DNA of 64,000 bases from a virus, in the IMG/VR virus record IMGVR_UViG_3300022668_000040, positions 12,089 to 76,088 of that record, one strand, 5' to 3'. The stretch's first letter is position 1. Each line of letters begins with the position of its first letter. This document shows, piece by piece, positions 9,401 through 20,100 of this stretch. The notes beneath the pieces were generated by a model. It saw nothing but the letters and a program-made list of their open reading frames with translations. It was not told the DNA's origin and ran no database searches. Both the position numbers and the translations under genes were made by a program.

Positions 9401-11526
9401 TTTCTTTGGCGAAGCAGGCTGTACCCGCATTCAAAGAAGGAGGATCTGTTGATTTTTCTTTAACATCATCAGGAATTGCTCAACAGTTTGCAAAGGGAGG
9501 ATCTGTATTATCTGGTACTATTTCTGCATTAAAAAAACGCCTATATGACCTTTTTAGCATTCAGGACGGGACACAACGGGAGGTTAGCGTAGGATCTGTT
9601 AACTTTGCAAATACAGTGGCAAATAGTGCGCAAAATATTTCAACAGAATTAGGACAAGAGTCCATTTCCAAATTAACTGAAGCGTTTTCTTCCACTGTTC
9701 AGGCCTATGCCTCTGGAGGAGCAGTATTAAATAGTGGACAATTGGAAGAAGCTATTGGGAGTATAAGTGGAACTTATGATAGTTTAATAAAATCAGCTTC
9801 AAATGCAGGAAGTCCTGAAAGAGCAAAATTGCTAAGGGAAGAACAGCAGGCCATAACGGAAATTGCTGATGCTTTAAGAAAAAAATTGGCCGAACTGAAA
9901 GAAGAATATGATGCCTCAGTTAATGAAGCGAAAAAATCTCATGAAGATACAGTATCTGATGCAAAAGAATCTTACACGGAATCAGTAGAAAATAGGCAAG
10001 AACAAAATGAGGATTCTACTGAAGCAATTAATTCGGAATATGAATCAGGAAAAAACTCTGAAAATGAGGCTTATGCAAATCAGGTAACGGAAGATTCAGA
10101 AGAATATGAAGATTCTGAATCAGAATATTTGGCTAACATAGCTACATTAAAGGGGGAATACGAAGAGTCTGTAAATAGTATCAATCAAGAATATCCTGGA
10201 AAAGAAAAGGAACTTCAAGCAAATTTGTTTGCGGCCAGGACATCCGCCAGGGAGGCTGCCAAGGAAGTTAATGAGTTTGGAAAAGAGTATGGGGTAAAAA
10301 CCACAGGAAACGCCACATACAACACTCAAAAGCAAGAGTGGACTGATCCTTCCGAAAGTAGAACATATTTTCCAGAAGGATGGGAAATTCCAGATTACAA
10401 ACAGCTTATGTCTTCCATTGAATTCTATTGGATAAACTCACCAATTCCAGAAGATAGAAAGGCAGAAAAATTGGCTAACTCCCAAGAGTTAGCATCCCAA
10501 AAATGGGAGAAATGGCTTGTAGCTGCTAATAGTCTGGAAGATCTTGGTGTATCCAATATCGGACCAGTAATGAGTGGCAAGCAGGATTTGGAAAAGTTTG
10601 CCAAAAGTATTATTACTAAAGAAAGAAAAAAGGCATTAGCAGATGAAAAAAGCACTTATCAACAAAAGCAAAATGCATACTCATCTGATTGGGCAGAATA
10701 TAAAGGTGAGTTTAAGAAATCAACTGTATCCAGAGATAAGGAACATGATCAAGTATTGTTTAATGTTGAGGATACAAGAAATACATCTTTGGGAGATGAA
10801 AAAGAATCTTTTCAAAATGATTTAGCATCTTATCTGGAATCTTTTACAGAAGCTAAAAAGGCAGCTGATGAAACATTGAATGATACTCTTTTATCATTGT
10901 TACAGGCGTACAATGATAGTGTAAGTTCTGAAAAACAGTCAGCTGATGAAGCAATCAGTACTAAAAAAAGCGAAACACAAGCAGCCTTGGAGGAGCTAAA
11001 AAATTCTTTGGCTTCAGGAAAAACGGTTGGAGAAGCTTTAGATAATACGGCGGAATTAGATTCAGAAATAAATCAGCGGACTTCTATAGAGGAGCTACTT
11101 AGACGGTTAAAAAATGGTATTTTTGGATTTAATGTTGGGGGTAGTGTCCCCCATACACCATATTCAGTTCCTGGAAAAGATTCTTTATTGGCAGCATTAA
11201 CTCCTGGGGAATACGTAATTCAAGAACCTATAGTGCGTAAGTTTGGTAAAGGATTTTTTGAAGCTATAAATAACTTCAAAATACCAAAGTTCAATCTAGG
11301 AGGATCTGTTGGAAGTGGATTAATGTCCGCCCTTAGTAATTTTAGTATACCGGAGTTTAATCTCGGAGGAGTTGTTGGTACTTTGTCACAAGACCAAGCA
11401 TCTGTGAAACACACATATGCTCTGGATCTCACAATAAATGGAAAACAACAAGAATCTGTATTGGGAACAGCTTCTGGCATAGAATCCATCATAGAAGAAT
11501 TACAATTTGCCAAAAGGGGTGCGTAA
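3439..11526 (+). CDS. Tape measure protein (TP901-family core), 2695 aa
   Basis: TTKFSAQEVADGM..LGQAGF core, hydrophobic mid segment, long coiled coil, C-terminal FAxGG and D.VPAML..GEFV motifs. Confidence 0.93.
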   Translation: MAERSVNIKLNVTGTSPAQLKALAEGFSSISEAVNVVSDTIFQLKRKFGSLKAPKAISQVANDLKKLSKINSGNLSKITDDLSSLQKVKVDPSSIQNLINSLTSLKGIKIPSLKNFVSSLEAISKIDISKTSTNIVSLSTSLDSLSNRKFPSVTTLVSGLKKLISLDLAGVINKIKDLDSAIRLLDKAGYLKSFASFANNLNKIASSLEKTKKSLDGYKVSVAQAAKSTKSFGDRIQAYFEYRVVADAIMAIKSAVYGTIDAVKLYDQSLKDLQAITGATALEVTQMGEKIKEVAGTTKFSAQEVADGMKTLGQAGFSAAEAVETMQAVSDLATGTLSTMGSTVDLVTTAMRVFNFQASESGKVADVFANAVNKSKLTIDKLRTSFNYVGPIAKDAGISFEEVSASMMTLANTGLRASTIGTGLRNVFSLLVKPSEKLRNAVKDAGLSMGDIDPQTRSLKEVIQNLGLVVNSTGTAFDIFGKRGAGAVLALSKSGGQYESLLQTVRDSGTAARMASTQMEGLGVSFKNLKDKFGLLAISIGNLGIADAMRIIVDVGRKVIDVITALTDTALVQFIGKMTLTIVAVNGLVTAFTAIKSLNLLATISGFISGIQSATTALIASEASVSSLALTLGPIVAVLGLIAAGAIYAFSSLGHAKEASEEAAKLADRYRSLSNYIQDYKVKAANMKEGSDELLSSNKELRIKLLEVASGISDVSNEAERAAASIDPLTGEILDGGEALKKYNAELKKLTLQKLIESTNEAGKNITAVSGRMNQFLNWFKDAAAQASTAISGLGAKAGAVMDGEFEKGNKLLEKSQKDIEKYTANIIKAMNFSKALRKGEVDFKAFGEFVNSLDMSNLTSQQKDLVESFNILNDSANKLSEELKEQGKIDLNDTIENIEKIAKSYGIVGNELQATVAKLAVMKKLHEESSKSIIEKWGNDAKDTTESTEELITSFEKAGGKISVEQKEQMKLSEDAKKKLIDELNTAKKVRNAKINAKMDEREAYKEFFAVVRKLEKEAEEVKKGDASNTAAQTIKELQIAEKAYTDHVNELEAKYKGKAELLEKYLSEAERDFQEKQKSLLQQSTDPAVLLANTKVQIKIIEEEYSKFYKEIELASLKEHANKKALNEKRRDLELELSEKIKSIWESVEDSIEEKNSATARTVLKNRLDAEIKNSKLVAKIAQQSAKETTDAQIAVYEEANNKRAVEQESTLSKIATAETNGVLTHEEAEAAKLQVSLKYYEQAYIAAKDYLAQVNKGQNPDEYEKRQENLLSAEKAYYAKRKSFAEKFNSEMASIAKSLEKKDAARKSSVESNLEKIHRLENKFAEDNSKIHSDYVDKREKKDRKYAETVEKIELGLSDKIEDINEKLVSDLDKLNKKRTENAANLQAALLGIENDTEDKIRKINQRGMSESEKDLDNEKAAREKLAKAKELQQEAEASGNQELAKQAEDMIGQVQDLAENLKDAKDAKELLYDSKDALKDNAAIQNTIDNLALEKKEIEAIAEVEKKRLEAKNDAEKALTAADKAHERDLADIEEWQTKKLAATELAFNKAISLEDARHQKAMTNLDKEIAKLNERMGSVKELSSVTESSSIQSNAKEDQKRTSSSNVEENLKSVTTVADTALEKLGIVDEKAKQVANDSTSKFTSSMQEMTQNAVDELEQFIVITTATGEKVITTANTMSTGFSAFGDVVKTEPLAAIEKLKENTISINGKEISIPVNSSEILEASDTVEKIKNSSSSEMDITVNTNDALENIDEVQKEATTEISIPVQVDTEGVDTSIEKINSAITDMENPSITVVVDREELDSLISSVQLLSELETVVVTSSVVGADNVQELLTWILTLNGETPKNVKVITDVSGLDDTVKLNQLIDSLINKTVKVITEVLGLSDVLKLKASIDSLKDKTVTVTTIKKTVEKKAGGGEVGFFAEGGSVFRRLTKRFISAGSGLRDDVPAMLMKGEFVHTVDAVRKYGRNFMEMVNNGSFPVSLAKQAVPAFKEGGSVDFSLTSSGIAQQFAKGGSVLSGTISALKKRLYDLFSIQDGTQREVSVGSVNFANTVANSAQNISTELGQESISKLTEAFSSTVQAYASGGAVLNSGQLEEAIGSISGTYDSLIKSASNAGSPERAKLLREEQQAITEIADALRKKLAELKEEYDASVNEAKKSHEDTVSDAKESYTESVENRQEQNEDSTEAINSEYESGKNSENEAYANQVTEDSEEYEDSESEYLANIATLKGEYEESVNSINQEYPGKEKELQANLFAARTSAREAAKEVNEFGKEYGVKTTGNATYNTQKQEWTDPSESRTYFPEGWEIPDYKQLMSSIEFYWINSPIPEDRKAEKLANSQELASQKWEKWLVAANSLEDLGVSNIGPVMSGKQDLEKFAKSIITKERKKALADEKSTYQQKQNAYSSDWAEYKGEFKKSTVSRDKEHDQVLFNVEDTRNTSLGDEKESFQNDLASYLESFTEAKKAADETLNDTLLSLLQAYNDSVSSEKQSADEAISTKKSETQAALEELKNSLASGKTVGEALDNTAELDSEINQRTSIEELLRRLKNGIFGFNVGGSVPHTPYSVPGKDSLLAALTPGEYVIQEPIVRKFGKGFFEAINNFKIPKFNLGGSVGSGLMSALSNFSIPEFNLGGVVGTLSQDQASVKHTYALDLTINGKQQESVLGTASGIESIIEELQFAKRGA

Positions 11527-12209
11527 TGAGCACATATATCTACGATGATTATGTGTGGAGATTGAAAGCAGAACCGCTTTCTTTGGACATACAGTTGCCT
11601 AAAGATTTAGAATGGGTAGATGAATTAAGTTGGTCACCTATTTCACAAAATATCTCTTTTTCTCTTTCTGGAGCACTTGTAGTAGAGGAAAGTGAACAGT
11701 TAAAAGGCCGTCCAATAACTCTACAAGGAAAAGATCAAACAGGATGGATATCAAGAGAGGTGGTCGATAATTTAATTAAAATGAAGGATTATCCAGGCCT
11801 TGCAATGCAGCTGAGCTTTGCTCACTATAATATTGACACAGAACAATATGGTGCTGTAAAATTAAATTATGATGTAATGTTTCGTCATTATGATCCTCCC
11901 GTACTAGATTTATCCAACATTCTTGGGTTTGGAAATTTTGAAGCAGGTGCTTTATTTTCAGTGAGAAATTTAAAATTTATGGAAGCTACTCCCGGCGCAT
12001 CATCTCCCTGTTCTGCAAATGTCACTTTGAATATTACTATTTTATCAGGCACTATTTCAGTTGGAGAAAGTATTACAGGAGCCCAGTCAGAGGCATTTGG
12101 GACAGTTGTTAAGTATACGGACCCTCTACTGTATGTGTATACTACAGATGGTTCTTTTATTTCTGGGGAAACTATAATAGGACCAAATGGAACAGCAATA
12201 ATAAACTGA
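11526..12209 (+). CDS. Putative distal tail protein
   Basis: Directly after tape measure; LP.DL.W.DE..WSP, SLSGALVV, GRPITL motifs of siphophage tail proteins. Confidence 0.65.
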   Translation: MSTYIYDDYVWRLKAEPLSLDIQLPKDLEWVDELSWSPISQNISFSLSGALVVEESEQLKGRPITLQGKDQTGWISREVVDNLIKMKDYPGLAMQLSFAHYNIDTEQYGAVKLNYDVMFRHYDPPVLDLSNILGFGNFEAGALFSVRNLKFMEATPGASSPCSANVTLNITILSGTISVGESITGAQSEAFGTVVKYTDPLLYVYTTDGSFISGETIIGPNGTAIIN

Positions 12210-12216
12210 GAAAGTT

Positions 12217-15200
12217 ATGGCAGATATAAACAAAGAAAATATAAAACTACTTCAATCACAGAGGCTTGATGACACTGATCAGGGTGGTGGTCAGATGATA
12301 AAGTATGAGGTAGTTGATGGTGAAGTCAATAATTTATTTCCAGATATCTCAAGAATAGGAAGAGTGTATGGAAATGTCTCTATGCGCAAAGTGTTTCTAG
12401 CTGTGCAAACATATGCTAGGGAAACTTATTATGGATCACATACAATACTAACTCAGCAAGCTGGTGACCCTAATGTATCTGTTTGTTTTTTTTCCACAGA
12501 AGATTGGTTTGACACAAGACAAGATGCACAAAACAGAATAGAATCTTATTTGGTAAAAGGACCGAATGCGAATATTAAATTTTGGGGAAACCATTATAAG
12601 GGATCTTCTCTATTAAAGTGTGTAACACAAGTTGGTTGGCCTGTTCCAGAAATAGGGGATGTGTTGGTATTACGTGCTTCTGGTGCAGATAATGCTGAAC
12701 AATATGTGCGCATTATTGATGTATCCACATCAGCAGAAGAATTTTTTACTAGCAGCTCTTCCACTGCGTATTATAAGTCAGTATGTGATATAACAATAGG
12801 CTCTCAACTTGAATATGATTTTGTTGGTAGTGAAGTTTATTATGGATGGGACCAAATTTCAGGAGATGCTATTTTTTCCACTGTGGTTGCGGATGCTTCA
12901 AGGTACCACAGTGTATCCCCAGTATTGGAAAATATAACTGCTGGAGAATTGCAATTAAGAGTGGAATCTATATTCACAAGTTTGGTTCCATCTGCCGCAT
13001 CAGAAACAGCAATTGTGGATGCCGCTATTGGGTCAATAACTTCCCCGATGGTACAAACAAAAGATGCCGACCCTTCAGTTTCACGAAGTTTATCGTTCAA
13101 CATTTCCTCTAATGCCAAATTGTACATAGGGGAGGGGGTAAAACCAGGAACATTCACCTGGACAGGTGGGGCGGATTTATTTGATGATGAAACCGGTAAC
13201 ATATATAATGGTTCCACAATTGTTGGATCTATAGATTATCCCACAGGTGTGATTACTTTTGGATCTACAGGAATATCGGCAACTGGTACTGGCACTGCTA
13301 CGTATGTTCCTGCATGTGCTCCACAGCAGGTCTCTCACTCTGGAGGCATCCAAGTTGCTATAAATAATCGTGGATTCGCATATACATTTAATTGTAACCC
13401 ATTGCCCATGAAAGGCACATTACATATTAAATATTTAGCTGGAGGAAAATGGTATTCTATTTGGGATGATGGTACAGGAAAATTGACTAATTCATTAGAT
13501 CCTTCTATAGGATCAGGGGTAGTGAATGTCAACACCGGATCTGTATCTATAACTTTAGGAGCTATGCCTGATGTTGATTCTCAAATTATTTTTTATTGGG
13601 CTAAACCAGCAGAATATTATGATTTTTCAGGAGAAACTTTACCATTACGATATAAATTTACAACCAATACGGATGGGGTAGCCAGAAATACTTTTGCTTT
13701 GATTTGGACTGGGGATGGATTAGGTCCAGGGCCAGCAGGAGAATATGCCATAGTAGATGATGGTAATAGTAATCTGTGTGTAGGAGAATATGATTCAGGA
13801 TCAGATAATTGGGCACCAAACCCAACTACTCCTGTATATGTTGGCAAAATACGTTATGCTACAGGAGAGGTGGATACAGGAGTCGATAGCTCTCAGAAAA
13901 CCCCTGTAGCAAATGAGATATTTACAGTGCAGTATAATTACGGTGAACCTATTACTGAATCTTTCCCTGCCCCTCCTCAATCTGGAAATAGTATTACTCT
14001 AAATCTTACAAATACCCCCATTGTTCCAGGGACATTTAAGATAGAGTGGCACACACTTTTAGAGACGTATGATTTGGAAACAAGGATGAAATCTCCTCTT
14101 GATCCAACATATATATTCCAAGATGATGGCGTGGGATTATTTGAGGGGGATACAAACGATGGTACTTCTGGATGGTTTCAAGGGAATTTAGATTATAATA
14201 CAGGGGAAGTAAATTTTGCTCCGCATAGGACAGATACTTTTCCTGATCCGGTATATAAGTGGGTAGAGACTGCTTGGCACCTTCCTGGAGTAGCAGAATC
14301 GTATGTGTTTGATCATATAGAATACAGAAGTGGAGCATCTCTATTCCCTGTGGATGGCACAGTAGTTTGTCAATATTGTTCAACCGATGGGACTAATTTT
14401 GATCAATATTCAGGTACACTTACGCCTGTATTTTTCATAAAGGAGAACAGTGCTCTTGAACTTGTAATTGGAGGGTTAACTGTAAATGCTTCCGGCACAC
14501 ATCTTGTGGATGGTAGGGATGGCAAATTATATTTTCATGAGGATGGTATAAGCGGTGATAAAATACATGTCGGAAATATCAATTATACCAATAAATCGTT
14601 CACTATAACATCAGATTCAATTTTATTGGATTCAATGGAGATAACCAGTGCTGTAGGAACTGCCGCAATTGATCCAGTTATGTCTATGGTATTTAATGCT
14701 CCAGGATCTCCTCTTAGGCCCGGATCGGTGTTTGTAAAAGCTGTAACAGGGGCAGGCACAGTATTAGAAGGCACTTCTGATTTTAGTGGTAATATCACAG
14801 GCACGGGTGTATTTGGGCATGTTGATTTCAACACAGGGTTGTGCCATGTTGGATTTGGAATTTGGGTAGTAGATGATGCGGCTGCTCAAGCAGAAGATTG
14901 GTATAGTGCCACAGCTACAGATGGTGCTGGCAATGTTTGGAAACCATATTCAGTGAAAGCATCTTCTGTAACTATGAATTGTGTAGTTACTTCCTATCTA
15001 CCCCTTGATCCAGAACTTCTTGGATTAGATCCAGTTAGGCTCCCAATAGATGGAAAAGTACCAATTTTTAGAGACGGGGAACTTATTGTAATTATTGAAT
15101 CTGACACAGAACCTTGTCCATATCCTCTTGGAACAGATCAGTCATCTGTTTTGGATTGGGAAGGAAATCCATGTGCCACCTGTAATAGCGAGGGAAATCT

Positions 15201-16149
15201 TCCGCTATTATGTGATACCAAAATAGAACTCGAATCTGTTCAGGGTAGGGATTTGATAGAAGTGTATGCGTTGCCTACAGATTATGATGTATCTGAAGGG
15301 GATTTATTGAGTCCAAAATTAATCCCTGATGGGGGTGAGTACACAGTAGATTTGGGAAAAACACCAGAAGGTGAAGAGTACAATGCAGCAAGGAGAGCAT
15401 CAGTTACCTTTTTGGCTGGCTTTCCTAATGGAACGGGTACTGGGAGCGCTTCTGATTCATTATATGATGGAGAAGGTACTGAACGGCAATTGATAATTAT
15501 GCACAGAATTGAAGATTTGTGCTTAGCTTCAGATGTACAAGTAACTGGACATATCTCAGTAACAAATGAGATTACCCATGATTATATTGCAGGAAAAGCG
15601 CAAGTTTGTTCAGTACTACCATCAGGAAATTTGCAATCAAGAGCTTATAATGAGTTTGAAATGGAGACTTGGCCTGGAGAATGGTATGATGCCCTTCCTG
15701 ATGGGTTATCCCCTCCATTGGCTAGTTATAATTTCATAGATTACCCTATTACTGTTATTAATCGACCATCCATAAAAGAGCGTTGGTTAATTTTATGGCA
15801 GACACCAACGACAGTACAAATAATTGGCGAAAACTTTGGTGTGTTAGCCACCAATGTAAACATAGATCCTGATTCAGCAGCCACTGTAAATGGCAATATA
15901 GAATATCCTACGGGATCAGGGAGATGGTTTGTGGGAGTACGCAATAGAAATTTTGCTGGTGATGATTTCCCATTTTATTGGTTAATGGATCTTGATGGAT
16001 TTGGATTAGGGTGGCAGTCAGGTAATTGCATACGATTTAATCAAGATCCGGCTAATTTTCCGTTATGGTGTGTACGAACTACTTTGCAAGCACCAGCTAC
16101 AAAAACAACAGATTACTATACTCTGCAAATTCGTGGGGATAGTTCATAA
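12217..16149 (+). CDS. Large virion structural / tail tip protein
   Basis: N-terminal SQRL.DT..GGG.M...NNLFPDIS...G.VSMRKVF, repeated G.IDY.TG.V motifs, LGLDPVRLP.DG.VPIFR. Confidence 0.75.
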   Translation: MADINKENIKLLQSQRLDDTDQGGGQMIKYEVVDGEVNNLFPDISRIGRVYGNVSMRKVFLAVQTYARETYYGSHTILTQQAGDPNVSVCFFSTEDWFDTRQDAQNRIESYLVKGPNANIKFWGNHYKGSSLLKCVTQVGWPVPEIGDVLVLRASGADNAEQYVRIIDVSTSAEEFFTSSSSTAYYKSVCDITIGSQLEYDFVGSEVYYGWDQISGDAIFSTVVADASRYHSVSPVLENITAGELQLRVESIFTSLVPSAASETAIVDAAIGSITSPMVQTKDADPSVSRSLSFNISSNAKLYIGEGVKPGTFTWTGGADLFDDETGNIYNGSTIVGSIDYPTGVITFGSTGISATGTGTATYVPACAPQQVSHSGGIQVAINNRGFAYTFNCNPLPMKGTLHIKYLAGGKWYSIWDDGTGKLTNSLDPSIGSGVVNVNTGSVSITLGAMPDVDSQIIFYWAKPAEYYDFSGETLPLRYKFTTNTDGVARNTFALIWTGDGLGPGPAGEYAIVDDGNSNLCVGEYDSGSDNWAPNPTTPVYVGKIRYATGEVDTGVDSSQKTPVANEIFTVQYNYGEPITESFPAPPQSGNSITLNLTNTPIVPGTFKIEWHTLLETYDLETRMKSPLDPTYIFQDDGVGLFEGDTNDGTSGWFQGNLDYNTGEVNFAPHRTDTFPDPVYKWVETAWHLPGVAESYVFDHIEYRSGASLFPVDGTVVCQYCSTDGTNFDQYSGTLTPVFFIKENSALELVIGGLTVNASGTHLVDGRDGKLYFHEDGISGDKIHVGNINYTNKSFTITSDSILLDSMEITSAVGTAAIDPVMSMVFNAPGSPLRPGSVFVKAVTGAGTVLEGTSDFSGNITGTGVFGHVDFNTGLCHVGFGIWVVDDAAAQAEDWYSATATDGAGNVWKPYSVKASSVTMNCVVTSYLPLDPELLGLDPVRLPIDGKVPIFRDGELIVIIESDTEPCPYPLGTDQSSVLDWEGNPCATCNSEGNLPLLCDTKIELESVQGRDLIEVYALPTDYDVSEGDLLSPKLIPDGGEYTVDLGKTPEGEEYNAARRASVTFLAGFPNGTGTGSASDSLYDGEGTERQLIIMHRIEDLCLASDVQVTGHISVTNEITHDYIAGKAQVCSVLPSGNLQSRAYNEFEMETWPGEWYDALPDGLSPPLASYNFIDYPITVINRPSIKERWLILWQTPTTVQIIGENFGVLATNVNIDPDSAATVNGNIEYPTGSGRWFVGVRNRNFAGDDFPFYWLMDLDGFGLGWQSGNCIRFNQDPANFPLWCVRTTLQAPATKTTDYYTLQIRGDSS

Positions 16150-16158
16150 GAGGATTTT

Positions 16159-17136
16159 ATGGCATCAGTATTTAGATCATTTCAAGACACGGGAGCCCCT
16201 ATTTTAGCAGGAAATACTTTGGGGTCACTTATCACTTTGTTAAAAGCTGTATTGGTAGATGGTTATGGGTCATTCGATCCTTTAGGATGGGAAGTGGTAT
16301 TTGATGATACTGCTTCTCACTCCTGTGTTTTTAGACCTTTAGGTGGGGATCTTCGTCCATTTGTGCTAGTTCAAGATAATATGGGTTCCACCAGTGACCA
16401 ATACGCAAAGGTCACTGTATTTGAATCTATGTCCTCTATTTCTGAAGGATTTTTTCAATGTCCGTCGGGTGAATCAGATTTGGATAATTATATAATCAAA
16501 TCAAAGTATAATACGAGTGTGGGTATTCCTTGGGTAATAATAGGAGATAATCTTGGATTTTGGTTATTAACTAGGCCATACGACCAGACTGGAACAGGAG
16601 CTGATCTTAATAATGGATCTCTGCATTATCCTCATTATATTGGATATTTTCCGTGTTTTATCTTAGAAAATAAATATAATTTTATTACTATTTTAAACAA
16701 TAAAAGTGATGTAATGTTTCGCGCCAATCTTGAAACATATGGATGTTATATGCAAAGAGATCCGTTTACTTCAGAAATAGGGGCTGTCAAGTTCACCCCA
16801 ACAATTCAATATAGTGCGGGTGATAATGCATTTGGAAACAGTTGTCCAAACTCTTCCCCTAGAAGTGGTAAATATATGTATGAACCAGTTGTTGTGGTAT
16901 ATGATAACTGTCCCACAATAGGGCTGCTTCCAGGGTACTTTAGTATGCTTTGGCAAACTGAAGTTGAGGGTGCTTCTTGGTATACACAGAGTGAAGAAGA
17001 AAGAACCCCATTTTTTGAATATGGGCAAAATTCATCAATGTACATATTTGCCCAAAGAGTACGGGGTTACTCATATAATAGTGTAGTGAGCAGGGGATCT
17101 ATATTAGTTGGAGAGGGTTTTCGCAATGCATATTAA
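16159..17136 (+). CDS. Tail/virion structural protein
   Basis: GAP.L.G..GSLI.LLKA.LV.GYG...LGW N-terminus typical of phage tail proteins; GAGGA SD. Confidence 0.65.
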   Translation: MASVFRSFQDTGAPILAGNTLGSLITLLKAVLVDGYGSFDPLGWEVVFDDTASHSCVFRPLGGDLRPFVLVQDNMGSTSDQYAKVTVFESMSSISEGFFQCPSGESDLDNYIIKSKYNTSVGIPWVIIGDNLGFWLLTRPYDQTGTGADLNNGSLHYPHYIGYFPCFILENKYNFITILNNKSDVMFRANLETYGCYMQRDPFTSEIGAVKFTPTIQYSAGDNAFGNSCPNSSPRSGKYMYEPVVVVYDNCPTIGLLPGYFSMLWQTEVEGASWYTQSEEERTPFFEYGQNSSMYIFAQRVRGYSYNSVVSRGSILVGEGFRNAY

Positions 17137-20100
17137 AAAGAGATATATTTCTAATGTTTTTTTAGCAGTAACGGCTAAACAAAAATTATCAGGTAACGTA
17201 TCCTCCCCTAGTAGTGGTCTATCTACAATTTTTATTTTAGATAGAAACACTATGAATTTGATTGCGACCACAATAGCTGATCCACAAACGGGAGATTGGG
17301 TTTGTTATGTTCCTTTTAGAAATGATGAGCAATTAATTGCTATTTGTCGAGATGAATCAGGAGATTTTAACGCAGACATATATGATAGAATTTCTCTTTG
17401 TACCAATGATTATGTGCATGTAGTGGAATTCAATTCCATTGTTATTCCAGGAGAAGATTTGTTTTTTATGTTGGAATCTCCCAAGCAAACGGGCGCAGTG
17501 GCTGGATTTCCACATGAAGTGCAACATAGAGATTTGAAATCCACAATAAGTACCATTGGTTGTGGTAATAATTTGAATGAGAGTATATTTAAAAATATTA
17601 GTGAAGTACAACTTTCTATTGGGGAGGGTGGGGATATTCCAGAAGTAGTTCCAGGATCGTTAATAAATGGGAATTCTGGTATTTGGCCTGAACTAACCAC
17701 TGATGATAGGGAAAATAGAGGAGTAAAAACACCAGATATATTTGGAGACAGCTCTTGCAGGTTATGTTTAGATTTTAAGGATGGCCTTCTCATAGATAAA
17801 ACAGGCACCCAAATTGTGGAATATGCAAAGAGTCAATTTAGGGCAGCCCCCGGAAAATACAATAGTGGATTTGGTAACGCAAATTTATCATTTCACAATA
17901 TTTTTGATTTAGGAATAAATTTTATCTCGGGGGAAGCAAATGCTCTCTCATTTTGGGTAAATATTAATGAGCTTGAGTACACAGGTGCAGACACATATAT
18001 TGTACACCATTCTTCTGATTATGGTTTCAGATTGGGTTTTAGACCAAGCACACGAACAATATATCTATCTGTTGGTTCAGATACTAGCTGGAGTATAAAT
18101 AATCAATATATTACTCTACCCGTGTATCCTTACGTATATTTTGCATACAACAGTTGGGTCCATTTTGTGGTAAGCATCGGGGTTTCTTCTTCCAAAATAT
18201 ATGTTGACGGGCAGTTGGTAAAAACTTTTACTGGTAATGGGTTCACTGCATCTACTGGAACGTTGATATTCAATTCTGAGCTAACCAATAGAGGAACTAA
18301 AAGCACATTCGATATCATCAGGGTATTTAATAGAGAAATTACTGATGGTGAGGCAATACAGCTATTTGAAGAAAAGAAAATGTCCACTGTTTCTGTAACA
18401 GGGATATATGGCGTAAATCCAGCTATAACAGATAAATTAATCCTTAATGGACTTTCATCTCCTCCTATATGTAACTTTAGGCTGGATGGCCATTTTGCAG
18501 ATGTTTCCGATAGTAATTTCTCAGGATATCTTGATGGTGTATTCTTCAATAACGATTTTATAAATTTTGATGGAACTAATGGAATACATTCCTCAGAATT
18601 GTCTACAGATATAGGAACAGGTTCTGTGGGGGATGAAGGTGCAATTGATTTACTTTGTAAATTTTCTTTAGAAGATATAACCAATATAGGCACTAGCTGT
18701 TTATATAAATCTGGGGATAATTCTAATGGGATTGCTTTAGGATTTAATGCCGTAGGGGATTTATGTATTTTCGGGTGCCTTTCTGGAACAGTAACTGCTA
18801 TTTCCATCTCATTGTCATATTTAACAGATAATGGGTGGTATTATGTTATTGGCTCTAAAAAAGAACTAATATTATTAAATGAAAAATTAGAAAAAATTGC
18901 CAGTTCAAAAGGGACCATAGAAGTTGGAAACGGGAGTAACCAACAATCCGTAGGTATAGTAGTTGCTGGGAGCCCTCTTACAGCAACGGCGGGAGGCCCT
19001 ATTCAAGGATTTATTGGAAGTATAGAAAAAGTTGGTATATACGAGGAAAATACTCTTTCTGTTGATTTTTTAGATAATTTGCAATTAGCCTGTGAAGTAG
19101 GATCTACAGGGCAGCAGTGCTATGGGGAAGTGTCTAAATGGGATATTTTAGATGATGAAATAATCATATGGGTGAAAGTTCCGACTATCTCCAATGCCGA
19201 GGACACAGTTCTTAGATTTTATTTTTCTGCCGGTGCAGTGCCCAATACTACCTACATGGGACATACTGGAGATGTCCAAGCTCAACAAGTTTGGGATTCA
19301 AATTATGTGGCTGTATATCATTTAGAAAGTGATGGAACAACCATCAAAGACTCTACTGCAAATAGTAATAATTTAACTCTATCCGGGGGTTCTATTGAAG
19401 AAGGAATAATCTTTGATGGAGTATCAGATTATGCTTTTGTAGATTCTTCAACTTTAAAATTAGGGGATGGAGATTTTTCATATGAAGTATTGTTAAAAAG
19501 AACATCCCAACAATCTTCATTAGGAATTGTTATGACTGGAGGACAAACAGGCAGTTTGCTTTCTCCTATTTTGGGCATCATGCCAAATTCAGAGGTGATT
19601 CAATTTGGTACGGATGTGGGGTATATTTATGGAGGAACACTATCATATGATTCTGAGTATGTAGCTGCTACCTATGATGGGTTAGGTCAATTTTCTGGAT
19701 TATCTCTGTACGTTGATGGGGCAAGCATCAGTACAAATACACAAGGAGCATTTTCTGGATTTTCTAATTCAGCAGAATATTTTACTGTTGCGGCTGAATT
19801 AGATGATGGTGCTCTTTCTAAGTTCTTTGAAGGAAATATTCAAGAAGTGCGTGTATCTTCCATCAAAAGAAATGCAGATTGGATAGCACTTACAAATAAA
19901 TCTATTTCCGACAATTTAATAACATTTATTGGAAATTATGTTAAACCATCCCTGTCTGGGTATGAAAATGCTAAATCAATGCATATTCAGATAGATGCGA
20001 CAAAAATTGGGGAACAGTTATCTAATTTTCCAATTTTGTTACAAATAAATGCAAATGCAGGTATTAATGGAACAGATCTTTCTGAAATACTAACTGAGTT

